A DNA stretch of 64,000 bases from Tubiluchus corallicola (taxonomy: Eukaryota; Animalia; Priapulida): NCBI GenBank assembly GCA_030141605.1, contig JAQGDQ010000660.1, forward strand, positions 53,053 through 117,052. Direction: 5' to 3'. Shown one piece after another: positions 63,101-64,000 of this stretch. The notes beneath the pieces are model-generated. The model saw only the letters and a program-made list of their open reading frames with translations. It was not told the origin of the DNA and made no database searches. The translations under genes and the position numbers were made by a program. The first letter of the stretch is position 1. Each line of letters starts with the position of its first letter.

Positions 63101-63802
63101 CTGTTGAGAAGGATACTAAAGTCTCAATGAAGACGAGAAAAACTTTGAAAACTTTTTCTTATTCAGGTTTGTTTTGTTCAAATCTAACGTGAGTTTTCAG
63201 CAATCTTAATTTCTTATTTTCTTAAATTAAAAACTTTTCTCCACAGTAAAGACTAGTTTTGATGGCCAGTGAAGGGACAATTCTTTTTACTACTAGTTTA
63301 GGTGACATTTTGCACAACATTTTTTTAAGTTCTTGAATAAACTGACTGATATGTGATTAAGTTGATCTGTAATTTGACAACTATAATAATGACAAATATT
63401 ACGTGTGATTTGCCATTCTTATATTAATAAAATTTTAAATTAAACATTTTTGAGAACATTTTTGAAAGCAGTATTAGGAACACATCTTTGACAGGATGGA
63501 TTTAATGATTTAAATCATTATAATAAGTCCCTTGATTGGTCTTATAATCACACAGTAAGTGATTGTCTGAGATTGTGTCAATTTTTGACAGTGGAGCAAA
63601 GAGCGACAGCTTCTAATGAAGAAAAGGAGAGCATAGACACTTTAACAAAGAAAGATACCATTGAGTCAACGGATAAGGCAAAATTAACTGCAAAATCACC
63701 TGATGCAGATTCAGCGCAGGGAGATTCTGATATGAGTTCACAAGAAATTAAAGCAAAAGGCACAGACAAAAATTCGCCACAACAAAAGAAGTCTGGGATG
63801 AA
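57133..63802 (+). CDS. LIG1: DNA ligase I, N-terminal regulatory region (5' partial; continues beyond window)
   Basis: Exons 57133-57152, 58086-58175, 59201-59495, 61207-61405, 62200-62331, 63002-63166, 63592-63802 with consistent phases. Splicing yields MAQRSIMSFFSPK (human LIG1 starts MQRSIMSFF, a PCNA PIP box), KRARRIIESDSEDD, SPVK and SPQHIPLRKTARK. The catalytic core is not in the window. Confidence 0.88.
57336..57826. mobile_element. hAT-type MITE in LIG1 intron
   Basis: Perfect 15-bp TIR TAGTGATGGGTGATT / AATCACCCATCACTA; perfect 8-bp TSD GTACTGGG (57328-57335, 57827-57834); subterminal CGATTA motifs. Confidence 0.92.
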
Positions 63803-64000
63803 GTAAGCATCTTTTGCCGTATTTTGTTTCTCTTGTGTGATATTTTTTTTAGATTCCAACTGTACTTTAAAGTTTGTATAATCAAAGTGTAGGGAAATGA
63901 AGCGGCTCTTGTTGCCCGTTATGCATCTCTTTTTGTGAAGTGCAGCAGAGAAGTTTTAATGCTGACCCGCTGGATGCCACTCAGAACACTATTGACGTAA

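Overview
AT-rich, intron-rich animal (invertebrate-type) genomic DNA; most ORF-track entries are exon fragments or noise. About 46 kb (1846-48216, +) holds one polycystin-1-family (PKD1-like) gene that I assembled by hand into 43 GT-AG exons with mutually consistent phases (9116 nt, about 3040 codons; start/signal peptide not found). Domain order: C-type lectin, four WSC domains, one PKD-like domain, REJ, GAIN/GPS, TM1, cytoplasmic PLAT, TM region, polycystin channel domain, short tail. The most unusual feature is an insertion of about 350 aa inside the GAIN domain just before the GPS motif: a 205-aa, 31-Cys domain followed by a second, extracellular PLAT domain on a phase 1-1 three-exon cassette. 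Downstream lie three CR1/L2-like LINE pieces (one with an uninterrupted 742-aa RT ORF), a ~725-bp fold-back element, and the 5' part of DNA ligase I (PIP box MAQRSIMSFF, H3K9-mimic RKTARK), which runs off the window. Introns carry several MITEs and microsatellites. All calls are by eye; no database searches were run.
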